A stretch of DNA of 64,000 nt from Oscillospiraceae bacterium (GTDB lineage: Bacteria; Bacillota; Clostridia; Oscillospirales; Oscillospiraceae), in assembly GCA_902795345.1 (NCBI GenBank), contig CADBKO010000006.1, forward strand, positions 5,577-69,576, in the 5' to 3' direction. The notes under the pieces are model-generated. The model saw nothing but the letters and a program-made list of their open reading frames with translations, searched no databases and was not told the origin of the DNA. Made by a program: the position numbers and the translations under genes. Below are positions 1-8,208 of the stretch, piece after piece. Numbering within the stretch: the first letter of the stretch is position 1; each line of letters starts with the position of its first letter.

Positions 1-1994
1 ATCAACAGAAGAATGGAGACAGCGGCAGCGATGCTCCGTTTGGAGAGCTTCCGCTTTTCCTTGGGAGGCTGAAGGCGCGCAGGCTGCGGCGCTCTCCGGC
101 TCAGGGAGAAGGCGCAGATCAGTAGGCAGACTACCAGCAGCAGATACAGGGGCAGATCGTTCAGCGCCGTCGTCGTCAGCCCGTTTTCGTTGATAAGGGC
201 AGAGAGGTCCTGATGGGACAGCGTATAGACGAAAAGCGCCAGCGCCCCGAGACCGCTGACGGCGGCGAGAAGGATGCGCCAGAGAGGCAGCCGCTTCGGT
301 TTGAAGTCCGCGCTGTCCTCCGCAGGCTCCGGCAGGGGAGGCGCTTCCTCCGGCAGCTCCGGCTGCGGCGGCAGGGTCCCGCCGCAGGCAGCCATCAGGT
401 CCGTCGCCGTGACCGCCTCGGGCAGCAGCCCCCGGGCCATGCGGTTGGCGGAGGTGGTATAGAAGCTGTTGCCGGAGAAGAATTGACGGGGCCGGCCCTC
501 GGAAACGATGTTCCCGTCGAAGAACAAGGCGCAGCGGTCAGCATATTCCGCACAGAACTCCACGTCATGGCTCACCATGAACACGGTGACGCCCCGCCGC
601 TGCAGCGTCTTGAGGATCACGGCAAAGACCTGTTTGAACTCCGCGTCCAGACCCTTGGTGGGCTCGTCCAGAAGCAGGATCTCCGGCTCCAGCAGCAGCA
701 CCTTTGCCAGTGCGCAGCGCTGCTGCTCCCCGCCGGAAAGGTCGTAGGGGTGCCGGTCCAGCAGCTCCTCCAGACGGCAGAGCTGCACCGCCCGGGCCAC
801 CCGGTTCTCCTGCACGGCCTTGTCCAGTTTGGATCCCTTGAATATTTCGAACAGGTCCTCCCGGACCGTCTTTTTTACGAACAGAGTCTGCGGGTTCTGG
901 GGCAGAGTCCCCACCCGGCCATGGAGGTGCGCCTCGCCGCGATAGGGCTTACGCAGACCGCCGATGATGGAGAGCGTCGTGGTTTTTCCGGTGCCGTTTC
1001 CCCCCAGCAATGCCAGGAATTCCCCTTTTTTGACGGTCAGGCTCACGCCCTTCACCACGTCGGGGAGGTCCTTTTCGTATTTGAACCAGATATCCTCCAG
1101 TTCGATAGCGTTTTCTTCGGAATGGGCTGGTACGCTCTCTGCCGGGAGGGGGAGCAGGCTTTGACGTTTCCCGAAATCCTCCAGCCAGCTGCGCCCGTCC
1201 CGCACGGTGACGGGGCAGGGGGCGTCGTCCTCCACGGAAGCCCAGACCCGCATGGCGGTGGGCATGGCCAGGAACATGCCGTGTCCGCTGCCCCGCAGGC
1301 GCTGCCCAACCTCCGTGGGCGTCCCGTCGGCAATCAGCCTTCCCTTGTCCATCACCAGCACCCGGTCGGAGAGAGGAAAAGCCTCCTCCAGCCGATGCTC
1401 CGTGAGGATCACCGTGGTGCCCAGCTCCCGGTTCACCTTGCCCACAGTGGCCAGGAAATCGGAGGCGGCGATGGGGTCCAGCTGACTGGTGGGCTCGTCC
1501 AGGATCAGGACGGAGGGCTGCATGGCCATGATGGAAGCCAGGTTCAGCAGCTGCTTCTGGCCCCCGGAGAGCTCCGTCACATTTTTATAAAACCAGGTCT
1601 GGATGCCGAAGAAGGAGGCCATTTCCGCCACGCGGCTGCGGATGGTGGGGGTGTCGTATCCCAGGCTTTCCAGGCCGAAAGCCAGCTCATGCCACACCTT
1701 GTCCGTCACGATCTGGTTTTCCGGGCTCTGCTGCACGAAACCGATCCGGGCGCTTTGCTCCCGCTGACCCACGTCATCCAGGGGCACGCCCTCAAAGAGG
1801 ATGGTCCCGCGCCGGTTTCCCGTGGGGGCCAGCACGGATTTCAGCTGCCGCAGCAGCGTGCTCTTTCCGCATCCGCTGGGGCCGCAGAGGGTGACGAACT
1901 GACCCTGGGGGACAGAGAAGGATAAATCGCGGAGGGTGTCCTGCCGCTGCTCCGGATAGGCGAAGCTCAGGCTGCAGACCGCAAACGTTTCCAT
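1..1994 (-). CDS. ECF/CbiO-type ABC transporter with tandem fused ATPase domains and a C-terminal membrane extension; 3' end lies beyond the window
   Basis: Absent from the ORF track because it runs off the left edge. My minus-strand translation from ATG 1994 reads METFAVCSLSFAYPEQ... It has Walker A GPSGCGKST and GGNGTGKTT, signatures LSGGQKQ and LSGGEQQR, and Walker B ILILDEPT and LLLLDEPT. After ~560 aa it continues in frame into hydrophobic helices (LPLWRILLAAVSGLGALALFVY, LPLYLLLVVCLLICAF) and is still open at position 1. Confidence 0.85.
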   Translation of the reverse strand, partial: METFAVCSLSFAYPEQRQDTLRDLSFSVPQGQFVTLCGPSGCGKSTLLRQLKSVLAPTGNRRGTILFEGVPLDDVGQREQSARIGFVQQSPENQIVTDKVWHELAFGLESLGYDTPTIRSRVAEMASFFGIQTWFYKNVTELSGGQKQLLNLASIMAMQPSVLILDEPTSQLDPIAASDFLATVGKVNRELGTTVILTEHRLEEAFPLSDRVLVMDKGRLIADGTPTEVGQRLRGSGHGMFLAMPTAMRVWASVEDDAPCPVTVRDGRSWLEDFGKRQSLLPLPAESVPAHSEENAIELEDIWFKYEKDLPDVVKGVSLTVKKGEFLALLGGNGTGKTTTLSIIGGLRKPYRGEAHLHGRVGTLPQNPQTLFVKKTVREDLFEIFKGSKLDKAVQENRVARAVQLCRLEELLDRHPYDLSGGEQQRCALAKVLLLEPEILLLDEPTKGLDAEFKQVFAVILKTLQRRGVTVFMVSHDVEFCAEYADRCALFFDGNIVSEGRPRQFFSGNSFYTTSANRMARGLLPEAVTATDLMAACGGTLPPQPELPEEAPPLPEPAEDSADFKPKRLPLWRILLAAVSGLGALALFVYTLSHQDLSALINENGLTTTALNDLPLYLLLVVCLLICAFSLSRRAPQPARLQPPKEKRKLSKRSIAAAVSILLL

Positions 1995-2863
1995 TTCATG
2001 TCCTCCTTTCCGTTCAGGATCAGGGGGGTCAGGCACAGGGCCAGATAGACGAGGAAAAAGCTCAGGGGCAGGGGAGAGATGTCCACGCCCTTGAGGGTGG
2101 GGTAATAGCGGAAATCAAAACCGCCGCAGATCCAGCCGAAGACGATGAACCAGAGGCAGAAGCCCAGCCAGAGCATGGCGCTGCGGTCCCGGCTGTCGAA
2201 GCGGTAGATGGAAAAGGCGCTTCTCCCCGGCAGCCCGTAGCCCCGGCTTTTCATGCTGTCCGCCGTCTCAATGGCGTTTTCCAGGCTCCAGGTCACCATG
2301 ATGGAGAGGATGGTGATGCCGTGCTTGAGGCGCTGGGGGATGCTGCCGTCGGAAAGGTCCCGCCCGATGCATTGCTGCGCTTGGCGCACGGTCTTCATCT
2401 GCGCCTGGAAGCGGGGCACGAAGCGCAGGGTCATGCTCAGAACCAGGCTCAGGGCGGGGATGACGCGCCCGAAGAGATAGACGAATTTGTCCGAGGTCAT
2501 GACCTCGTTGTAGCAGCTGAACCACTGGATGACGCTGGCCAGCATGAAGGCGGAGGCGACGCCGTAGATCATGCTTTCCATAGTAAGAGGGTTTCCGGAG
2601 GGGAGATAAGCGAGGATCGTGGCCCCTTCGTGGTTGAAGGCGGGATTCAGCACCGCCGCCAGGAGCATCATGGGCAGCAAAAAGCGGAGGGAGAAGCGAA
2701 GCCCCTTCCTCCCCTTGAGGTAGACGTTATAGGCCGTGGCGCTGCCCAGGGAAATGAGCAGGCACACCGGATGCATAAAGCACATGCCGAATACCAGCAC
2801 CATGGCAAAATAAAGGAAATTCACCAGAGGGTGGTAGCCGGAAAAGGTATCACGATTCAGCAA
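1967..2863 (-). CDS. ECF transporter transmembrane (T) component, EcfT/CbiQ-like
   Basis: 298-aa polytopic membrane ORF with a C-terminal ...ETADSMKSRGYG... coupling-helix-like motif. Its stop overlaps the ATPase start by 28 nt. The codon at 2863 is TTG, so this is a non-ATG start. Confidence 0.75.
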   Translation of the reverse strand: MLNRDTFSGYHPLVNFLYFAMVLVFGMCFMHPVCLLISLGSATAYNVYLKGRKGLRFSLRFLLPMMLLAAVLNPAFNHEGATILAYLPSGNPLTMESMIYGVASAFMLASVIQWFSCYNEVMTSDKFVYLFGRVIPALSLVLSMTLRFVPRFQAQMKTVRQAQQCIGRDLSDGSIPQRLKHGITILSIMVTWSLENAIETADSMKSRGYGLPGRSAFSIYRFDSRDRSAMLWLGFCLWFIVFGWICGGFDFRYYPTLKGVDISPLPLSFFLVYLALCLTPLILNGKEDMKWKRLRSAA

Positions 2864-2883
2864 ATCGAACCATCCTGTTCAGT

Positions 2884-3543
2884 TCATTCGTCTATCTGGG
2901 ACATATAGTCGTCCCCCACGTCGGCGCCCAGGTCGCAGGTATACACCCATTCGATCACGTCGCCGTCCTTGAGGGCATAGCGCCCGCAGCCGTAGTTGGG
3001 GAACCAGCCGTTGACGGAATACATCCATCCGCTGAGCTCACCCACGTCCCGTTCGTAGATATTGCCGATCCCTTCGATGTAGGCGCTGTTGTAAATGGGG
3101 GGGTTGGAAAACTCCATGTGTATCTTCTTTTGGCGGCAGGTGCGCTGCAAAACGTTGAATACGCTCTCCCCGCCATAGAAAACGACCTCCGTGGGCTCCA
3201 GGAACCACCCATCCTCCGGCACAAGCTCCCGCTTGTCCTTGTTGCATTTATCCATGTTGTTCAGGATCATGGCGCAGGAGATGGAGATGGTGCAGTGGTA
3301 TTCCTCGTCCAGCACTTCCGTGCCATCCTCCATGGGAGCAGGGTGTTCCGTCTCCTCGGGATCTGCACCCTCGCCGGCCTCCGTGGGCTGAGCGGATGGC
3401 GCAGGAGCCTCCGTCGCCGGAGCCGGAGCAGCAGTGGGGGCGGCAGTCGGGGCGGCAGTCGGGGCGGGGGAGGGGGAAGAGCAGCCTGCGAGCAGAGCTG
3501 CCAGGAGCAGAAGAGATATAGAGAGAAACAGGGCTTTCCGCAT
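2884..3543 (-). CDS. DUF4430-type lipoprotein (transcobalamin beta-domain-like)
   Basis: Signal peptide with lipobox (LLAALLAGC|SS), an Ala/Pro/Thr-rich linker (APTAAPTAAPTAAP), then a domain with ...SGWMYSVNGWFPNYGCGRYALKDGDVIEWVYTCDLG..., which I recognise as DUF4430-like. Confidence 0.75.
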   Translation of the reverse strand: MRKALFLSISLLLLAALLAGCSSPSPAPTAAPTAAPTAAPAPATEAPAPSAQPTEAGEGADPEETEHPAPMEDGTEVLDEEYHCTISISCAMILNNMDKCNKDKRELVPEDGWFLEPTEVVFYGGESVFNVLQRTCRQKKIHMEFSNPPIYNSAYIEGIGNIYERDVGELSGWMYSVNGWFPNYGCGRYALKDGDVIEWVYTCDLGADVGDDYMSQIDE

Positions 3544-3555
3544 ATGTTATTCCTT

Positions 3556-5157
3556 TCAGAGCAGCGCTGCTTTCAGCAGCAGCCGGTAAACCATCAGGGC
3601 AACCTCGCCCCGGGTGATGGCCTGCCCGGGCAGGATGTCCTCCTCAAATTCATCGCTCACCAGGATCCCGGCCTTGAAGCAGAAGGCCATGGATTCCCGG
3701 GCCCATTTGCTCACGGTCATATAGTCCGTGAACTCGGAGATAAACATCCGGACGCCGTCGGCATTCAGAGAGGTATCCATGCCGCAGAGCGCAGCGGCCC
3801 GGGCGGTCATCACCGCAGCCTCCTGCCGGTTGATGGTCCCCTGGGGATCGAAGCTGCCGTCGTCCCGGCCCTCCACGATCCCATAGCGGCTGGCTGTGCC
3901 CACAAAGGGGGCGAACCAGCTCCCCTCGGGAACGTCGCGGAATTTACCGGAACCGGTCTTGTCCGGTTTCAGACCTAGAGCCCGGACGATGATGGCCGCA
4001 TACTGGGCCCGCGTCATGGTGGCGTCGGGCTCGAAGCTGTCCGCCGTCATGCCGTTGATGATCTCCCGGGCAGCCAGAGCTTCCACTGCGGACTGACAGG
4101 CGCTGCCCCGGATGTCAGGGAAGCTGACGCCCTCCTTCGTGACCGGGACCGGCATGACGTCCTTGTGCCGGTCGGGAAAAGCGGGCACCTCCGCATCTTC
4201 GGTGATCTTTTCCACATCGTTCATTTTATATAAGGAGCTCTTGCCCTGGGAGACCCGCAGGGTCTCCACCAGCGCGTAAAAGCCCTGGTCCGTGGCCAGG
4301 CTGCCCATGCCCGGTTCACCGGGAACGTGAAGAAAGCTGCCGTCGTCCTGCCGGAAGCCCAGCAGTGCGTCCAGCGGCGTGCAGCCGTTCTTTACGAAGC
4401 GGCTGTCCTCTGGCGTGAGCCCCAGTTCTCCCAGCGCTACCAGGACCTGGGCAGAGCTCTCACTGGTGGTGATCCCCATGGTCTGGAAGCCTCCGTCCGG
4501 GAGCTGTTTTTTGGAGAGGCAGTCCAGCGCCCGGTCGATGGCGGCGGAGACCGCAGGCTGATCCTGATAACCCGCAAGGGCCTGCAGAGTCATTGCGGTG
4601 ATGTCCGTGTCGGCGGGGGAGTCGCTGCCGCCCTTTCCCACCAGGGAGAAGCCCCCGTCGGCCAATTGCCGGGAAACCAGCAGATCCACATACTTCTGGC
4701 GGACGGGATCGTCGGGCAGGTAGCTGCCGGAGTCCAGGGCCAGCAGCGCCCAGCTGGCGCCGTTGATCCCCACGGAGATCATTTTATCGTAGTCGCACAG
4801 ACCTTCCAGCAGGTTATAGCCGCCCACGTCTTGGGGGTCCCGTCCAATGGCGGTGATCGCCAGGGTGAGGCGGGCATATTCCGTGTATTTGCGGAATTTG
4901 CCCTCGTGCTGGGCCACATAATCCTTCACGTCCTTCCAATAACGGTCAAAGGAGCCCTCGGGCACGGCGCAGCCGCCCCTGGCCAGCGCCATGACGGCCC
5001 ATTCGCTGCCGTGTTCGAAGCTGACGGTGCTCAGCTGATAGGCGGCGGTTTCATCCACCAGCTTCTGGATGTCAGCGGGATCTGCGCCCAGCGCCGGGAT
5101 CGTTCCAAGAAGGAGGATCAGGCAAAGCAGGATCGCGGTTGATCGGAATACCTTCAT
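3556..5157 (-). CDS. Secreted prenyltransferase/terpene-cyclase-repeat (alpha/alpha toroid) protein with three C-terminal SLH domains
   Basis: Start moved to MKVFRSTAILLCLILLLGTIPALGA (signal peptide; ATG at 5157). Repeated ...Q..DGGF... motifs (SRQLADGGFSL, KKQLPDGGFQT, FRQDDGSFLH). Three SLH-like modules at the C-terminus (FPDIRGS..., FRDVPEGSWF..., FTDYMTVSKWA...). Confidence 0.8.
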   Translation of the reverse strand: MKVFRSTAILLCLILLLGTIPALGADPADIQKLVDETAAYQLSTVSFEHGSEWAVMALARGGCAVPEGSFDRYWKDVKDYVAQHEGKFRKYTEYARLTLAITAIGRDPQDVGGYNLLEGLCDYDKMISVGINGASWALLALDSGSYLPDDPVRQKYVDLLVSRQLADGGFSLVGKGGSDSPADTDITAMTLQALAGYQDQPAVSAAIDRALDCLSKKQLPDGGFQTMGITTSESSAQVLVALGELGLTPEDSRFVKNGCTPLDALLGFRQDDGSFLHVPGEPGMGSLATDQGFYALVETLRVSQGKSSLYKMNDVEKITEDAEVPAFPDRHKDVMPVPVTKEGVSFPDIRGSACQSAVEALAAREIINGMTADSFEPDATMTRAQYAAIIVRALGLKPDKTGSGKFRDVPEGSWFAPFVGTASRYGIVEGRDDGSFDPQGTINRQEAAVMTARAAALCGMDTSLNADGVRMFISEFTDYMTVSKWARESMAFCFKAGILVSDEFEEDILPGQAITRGEVALMVYRLLLKAALL

Positions 5158-5325
5158 CAGGATCACCTCGCAGAATATCCGGTCCTCGGGCAGAGAAGCA
5201 GGAGGCTGTTTCGCTGCCCCGGGATCGGCCGAAAACACCGAAAACGGGGCTCCCTACGCTCGCGGCGCGGGGAGCCCCGCAATTTCGTGCTCTGACACCG
5301 GTCATTCAGACCGGTCGGGCTTCAT

Positions 5326-6816
5326 TCAGGGAATCTGCAGCACCTGACCCACATGGATCATGTCGGTGCCCTCCATGGCATCGTAGTTGGCTTCGTAGAT
5401 CAGTCTCCACTTGAAGATGGTCCCGTAGAATTCCTTGGCGATGCTGCGGATGGTGTCGCCTTCCTTGACGGTGTAGGTGGTGGTGCCTTCCGCAAAAGCG
5501 GGCGTGATGTCGGGGATGGTGGCGGGAGCAGGCTCCTCAGCGGGAGCGGCTTCCTCGGCGATTTCGGCGGTCACCTTGCAGACGGCGGGCACCAGGATGG
5601 TGGCGCCGTCAGTGGCAACGGCGGAGAGCAGGTAGCTCCCGGCAGCGTCGAAGGTTACGGTCACCTGGCCGTTTTCATCGGTGACATACTCAGTGGCAGC
5701 GCCGTCGCAGGTGATGGCAGCACCGGCGAAGGGGGCGAAAACCACGTTCCAGTTCTCGTCGAAGGAGCCGGCGTAGAGGGTAAGGGTCAGAGTGCCGTTC
5801 TCGGCCACGGCGTCGGCTTTGTCAAAGTAAGAGTAGATGTCGGAATAGAATTCCTTGTCGGTGTAGACGTAAGCGTAGACGCTGCCGCCGGCCTGCACAG
5901 GATCGGAAAGGCCCCAGGCCATGGCGTTGTCCACATAGTAACCGAAAGCGTAGGAGGTGTCGCCCCAGAGCATATCCATGCCCAGGCCCCAATCGCCCAC
6001 GGAGGAGGCGTAGCCGGCCTCGGCGCCGCCGGGATACAGCTGGTCGTGGGCGCACTTCAGCACTTCGTCCACGTCGAACATGCCGTCCGCATTCAGGTCG
6101 GAAGCGAGGACGGGCACGGAGGGAGCGACGATCTCGCCGGCGACGCTGATGGTCACATACACCACAGCGTCTTCGGCAGCGGCGGGAGCGGGCTCTTCGG
6201 CAGGAGCGGTTTCCTCAGCGGGAGTGGGTTCCTCGGCAGGTTCTTCAGCGGGGGCGGGCTCCTCAGCAGGCTCTTCGGCGGCAGCGCTGGGCATGCTGAC
6301 CGTGCCGGGGAACTTGTCAAAGGCGGTGTCGGCAGCCAGGGAACCGAAGTTGCCCGGATTGCTCTTGTCGATCAGAGCGATCATGTTGCCGTCGTCCAGG
6401 GTCAGATAGCACTCGCTGTAACCGGCGATGCCGGTCACTTCCCCGGCCTTCAGCTCCGCCTTCACAGCGCCCTGATAATTCAGGGTCACGTCCTGGTCGA
6501 AGGAGAAGGTGCCGTCAGCTTCGAACCAGAAGGCATACTCGATGCCGGTGCCGAAGCCGATGGAGGCCAGATCGAATACGGTGATCTGATCGTCCACCTT
6601 GGCGATGCCGGTGCCGAAGCCGATGGAGGCCAGATCGAATACGGTGATCTGATCGTCCACCTTGGTGGCCGTCATATTGAGCACAGCGCCCCCATAGGTG
6701 GCGTCCGGCGTGACGGTCACGCTGTCCGCTGCGCTCGCCACGAAGGCGCCGCCCAGAAGGGAGACCACCATCACGAGGGCCAGCAGCAGGGACCAGAGTT
6801 TCTTGCCAGTTTTCAT
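5326..6816 (-). CDS. Secreted protein with an internal exact 21-aa duplication, Pro/Glu/Ala linkers and a C-terminal LysM domain
   Basis: Start moved to MKTGKKLWSLLLALVMVVSLLGGAFVASA (ATG 6816, preceded by AAAGGAGAAG). C-terminal TYTVKEGDTIRSIAKEFYG...IHVGQVLQIP is LysM-like. Contains (P)AEEP repeats. Confidence 0.8.
   Translation of the reverse strand: MKTGKKLWSLLLALVMVVSLLGGAFVASAADSVTVTPDATYGGAVLNMTATKVDDQITVFDLASIGFGTGIAKVDDQITVFDLASIGFGTGIEYAFWFEADGTFSFDQDVTLNYQGAVKAELKAGEVTGIAGYSECYLTLDDGNMIALIDKSNPGNFGSLAADTAFDKFPGTVSMPSAAAEEPAEEPAPAEEPAEEPTPAEETAPAEEPAPAAAEDAVVYVTISVAGEIVAPSVPVLASDLNADGMFDVDEVLKCAHDQLYPGGAEAGYASSVGDWGLGMDMLWGDTSYAFGYYVDNAMAWGLSDPVQAGGSVYAYVYTDKEFYSDIYSYFDKADAVAENGTLTLTLYAGSFDENWNVVFAPFAGAAITCDGAATEYVTDENGQVTVTFDAAGSYLLSAVATDGATILVPAVCKVTAEIAEEAAPAEEPAPATIPDITPAFAEGTTTYTVKEGDTIRSIAKEFYGTIFKWRLIYEANYDAMEGTDMIHVGQVLQIP
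6541..6666. repeat. Tandem duplication of a 63-bp unit (2 copies, identical except the last base) inside the LysM-protein CDS
   Basis: Positions 6541-6603 and 6604-6666 read gatgccggtgccgaagccgatggaggccagatcgaatacggtgatctgatcgtccaccttgg(c/t). They encode KVDDQITVFDLASIGFGTGI(A/E) twice. Confidence 0.95.
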
Positions 6817-6941
6817 GTTTCTTCTCCTTTTCTTTGATTTTGATATTCTCGTTTTGTTTGCTTCCAGGGAATGGAAATACAATATTCCCAAAATCGGCCC
6901 GGATATACAACCCCCTTTTGTATAATCTCACCAATGATTGT

Positions 6942-6970
6942 ATTATAGTGGGAATCTCCGATTATTGCAA
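6942..6970 (-). promoter_or_regulatory. Sigma-70-type promoter for the LysM/SLH/DUF4430/ECF operon
   Basis: The minus strand reads TTGCAA-17 nt-TATAAT (plus-strand ttgcaa at 6965-6970, attata at 6942-6947), about 125 nt upstream of ATG 6816. Confidence 0.5.
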
Positions 6971-7010
6971 GTGTTTCAATTCCGTGTTACAAAAATATTT
7001 CCCTTCTGTG

Positions 7011-7047
7011 TAAAAAAGCCCAGGTCCGTCGTCCGGCGGACCTGGGC
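7011..7047 (-). terminator. Intrinsic terminator downstream of the 4Fe-4S protein gene
   Basis: Stem gcccaggtcc/ggacctgggc (7018-7047), followed on the minus strand by a T-run (plus-strand aaaaaa at 7012-7017). Two further hairpins lie at 7049-7076 and 7088-7108. Confidence 0.6.
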
Positions 7048-7137
7048 GCAAGCTGTCGGCAAAGTGCCGACAGCTTGAGAATTGTATCCTGATTTCGCAA
7101 GAATCAGGCCGGATACTTTGCGGTTTTCCGGGGCGGA

Positions 7138-7956
7138 TCATTTCCCCCTGCCGGGGATCCTGTCCTCGCAGGGGACGCCCACCATGCACTTGCCGCAGTT
7201 GCCTTTTTTGTATTTCTGGAAGAGCTCGGCAGCGCGCCCGCTGCACTTTTTCAGGTTGCGCATATGCTCCATGGTGATGGCGTCCACGGGGCAGCGGTGG
7301 GTGCAGGCCCCGCAGCGGATGCAGTATTCATAGGGGTCCGTATAGGTCCGCTTCGTGGGCTCCATGGCGCAGTCCAGGAGCAGCGTGACCATGGCGCCGC
7401 AGCAGCCCTTCTCCGTGATGATGTGGCGATGGATGCCGAAGGTGCCCAGACCGGCGGCAAAGGCCACATGGCGGGTTGACCAGGCCACGGACCAGTGGAG
7501 ATCCTCCTCTCCCCCGTTGTCCCAGGGGATGGATTCGGAGGGGTGCTTCATGTCCCAGGTGGGATTGAAGACCCGGATGCCCTCCTTTTCCAGGGCGGCG
7601 GTCATGGCCTGGGCAAAGGGCACCACCACTTTCCCATGATCCCCGTAGCCGCTCACCCACGCCTCGTCCATGGGCTCCGTGGAAGCCCGATGCCTGCTGC
7701 GGATCTCCTCCGAGAAGGAGAAGTAGAACACCGCGACGGTCTTCGCCTCCGGCATCCATTCCTTCGGGGCCATGAATTTCTCCCCGATGACCGCCGGATC
7801 CCGGAAAAGCTCGAAGATGGGATCGTCCGCGGCGGCGAAGCCGTAGATGGGCGCGTCCATGATCGGCACCGTCACATCCTCCGCGGGGAGATGCGTCTGA
7901 TTGTCCACGCCGGCAAAGGCGTCCTTCACCAATGCGTCAAACCGTTCCTTGTCCAT
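7138..7956 (-). CDS. Double 4Fe-4S cluster protein, epoxyqueuosine-reductase/reductive-dehalogenase-like
   Basis: 272 aa. Has CIRCGACTHRCP plus a second Cys group NCGKCMVGVPC. The overall N-terminal pattern resembles the short QueG-like family. SD GGGAGG lies before ATG 7956. Confidence 0.6.
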   Translation of the reverse strand: MDKERFDALVKDAFAGVDNQTHLPAEDVTVPIMDAPIYGFAAADDPIFELFRDPAVIGEKFMAPKEWMPEAKTVAVFYFSFSEEIRSRHRASTEPMDEAWVSGYGDHGKVVVPFAQAMTAALEKEGIRVFNPTWDMKHPSESIPWDNGGEEDLHWSVAWSTRHVAFAAGLGTFGIHRHIITEKGCCGAMVTLLLDCAMEPTKRTYTDPYEYCIRCGACTHRCPVDAITMEHMRNLKKCSGRAAELFQKYKKGNCGKCMVGVPCEDRIPGRGK

Positions 7957-8148
7957 AATGACCTCCCATTCAGATTCCCGGGCGGCGATGCCCGGCCCGT
8001 TCCAAGGCGTCCATATCGGCGGACTCCGGGCCCGCCGGGAAGACCAACGCCGGATCGTTTACCATATAATAGCATTTCTCTCCGGGCAGTGACAAGTTTT
8101 CCGCGGAAAACCGCGGCGGAACGCCGGAAATCCGGAGGTCCGGCGCGC

Positions 8149-8189
8149 AAAGAGCCTCCGGCGGCCGGATGACCGCCGGAGGCTCTTTT
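8149..8189 (-). terminator. Hairpin terminator after the SLH-protein gene
   Basis: aaagagcctccggcgg-N8-ccgccggaggctcttt forms a 16-bp perfect stem 20 nt downstream of the stop at 8209. Confidence 0.55.
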
Positions 8190-8208
8190 CAATCGATTAT
8201 GTCCCTCG

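Noticed and set aside
213-1925. 570-aa plus-strand ORF in the track (MGQRIDEKRQ...)
   Set aside because: It is antisense shadow of the real minus-strand tandem ATPase gene, whose Walker and signature motifs are unambiguous. It has an Arg/Gly/Pro/Leu-rich composition with no motifs, typical of high-GC off-frame ORFs.
6921-6926. Plus-strand TGtTATAAT-like extended -10 in the 6.9-kb intergenic region
   Set aside because: There is no plus-strand gene downstream, since the next genes are on the minus strand. It probably arises by chance in an AT-rich promoter region.
6817-6941. Cobalamin riboswitch expected in the leader of the ECF/DUF4430 operon
   Set aside because: Reading the minus strand, I found no B12-box-like GCCACTG core or the surrounding conserved helices. 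It is left for an Rfam scan.
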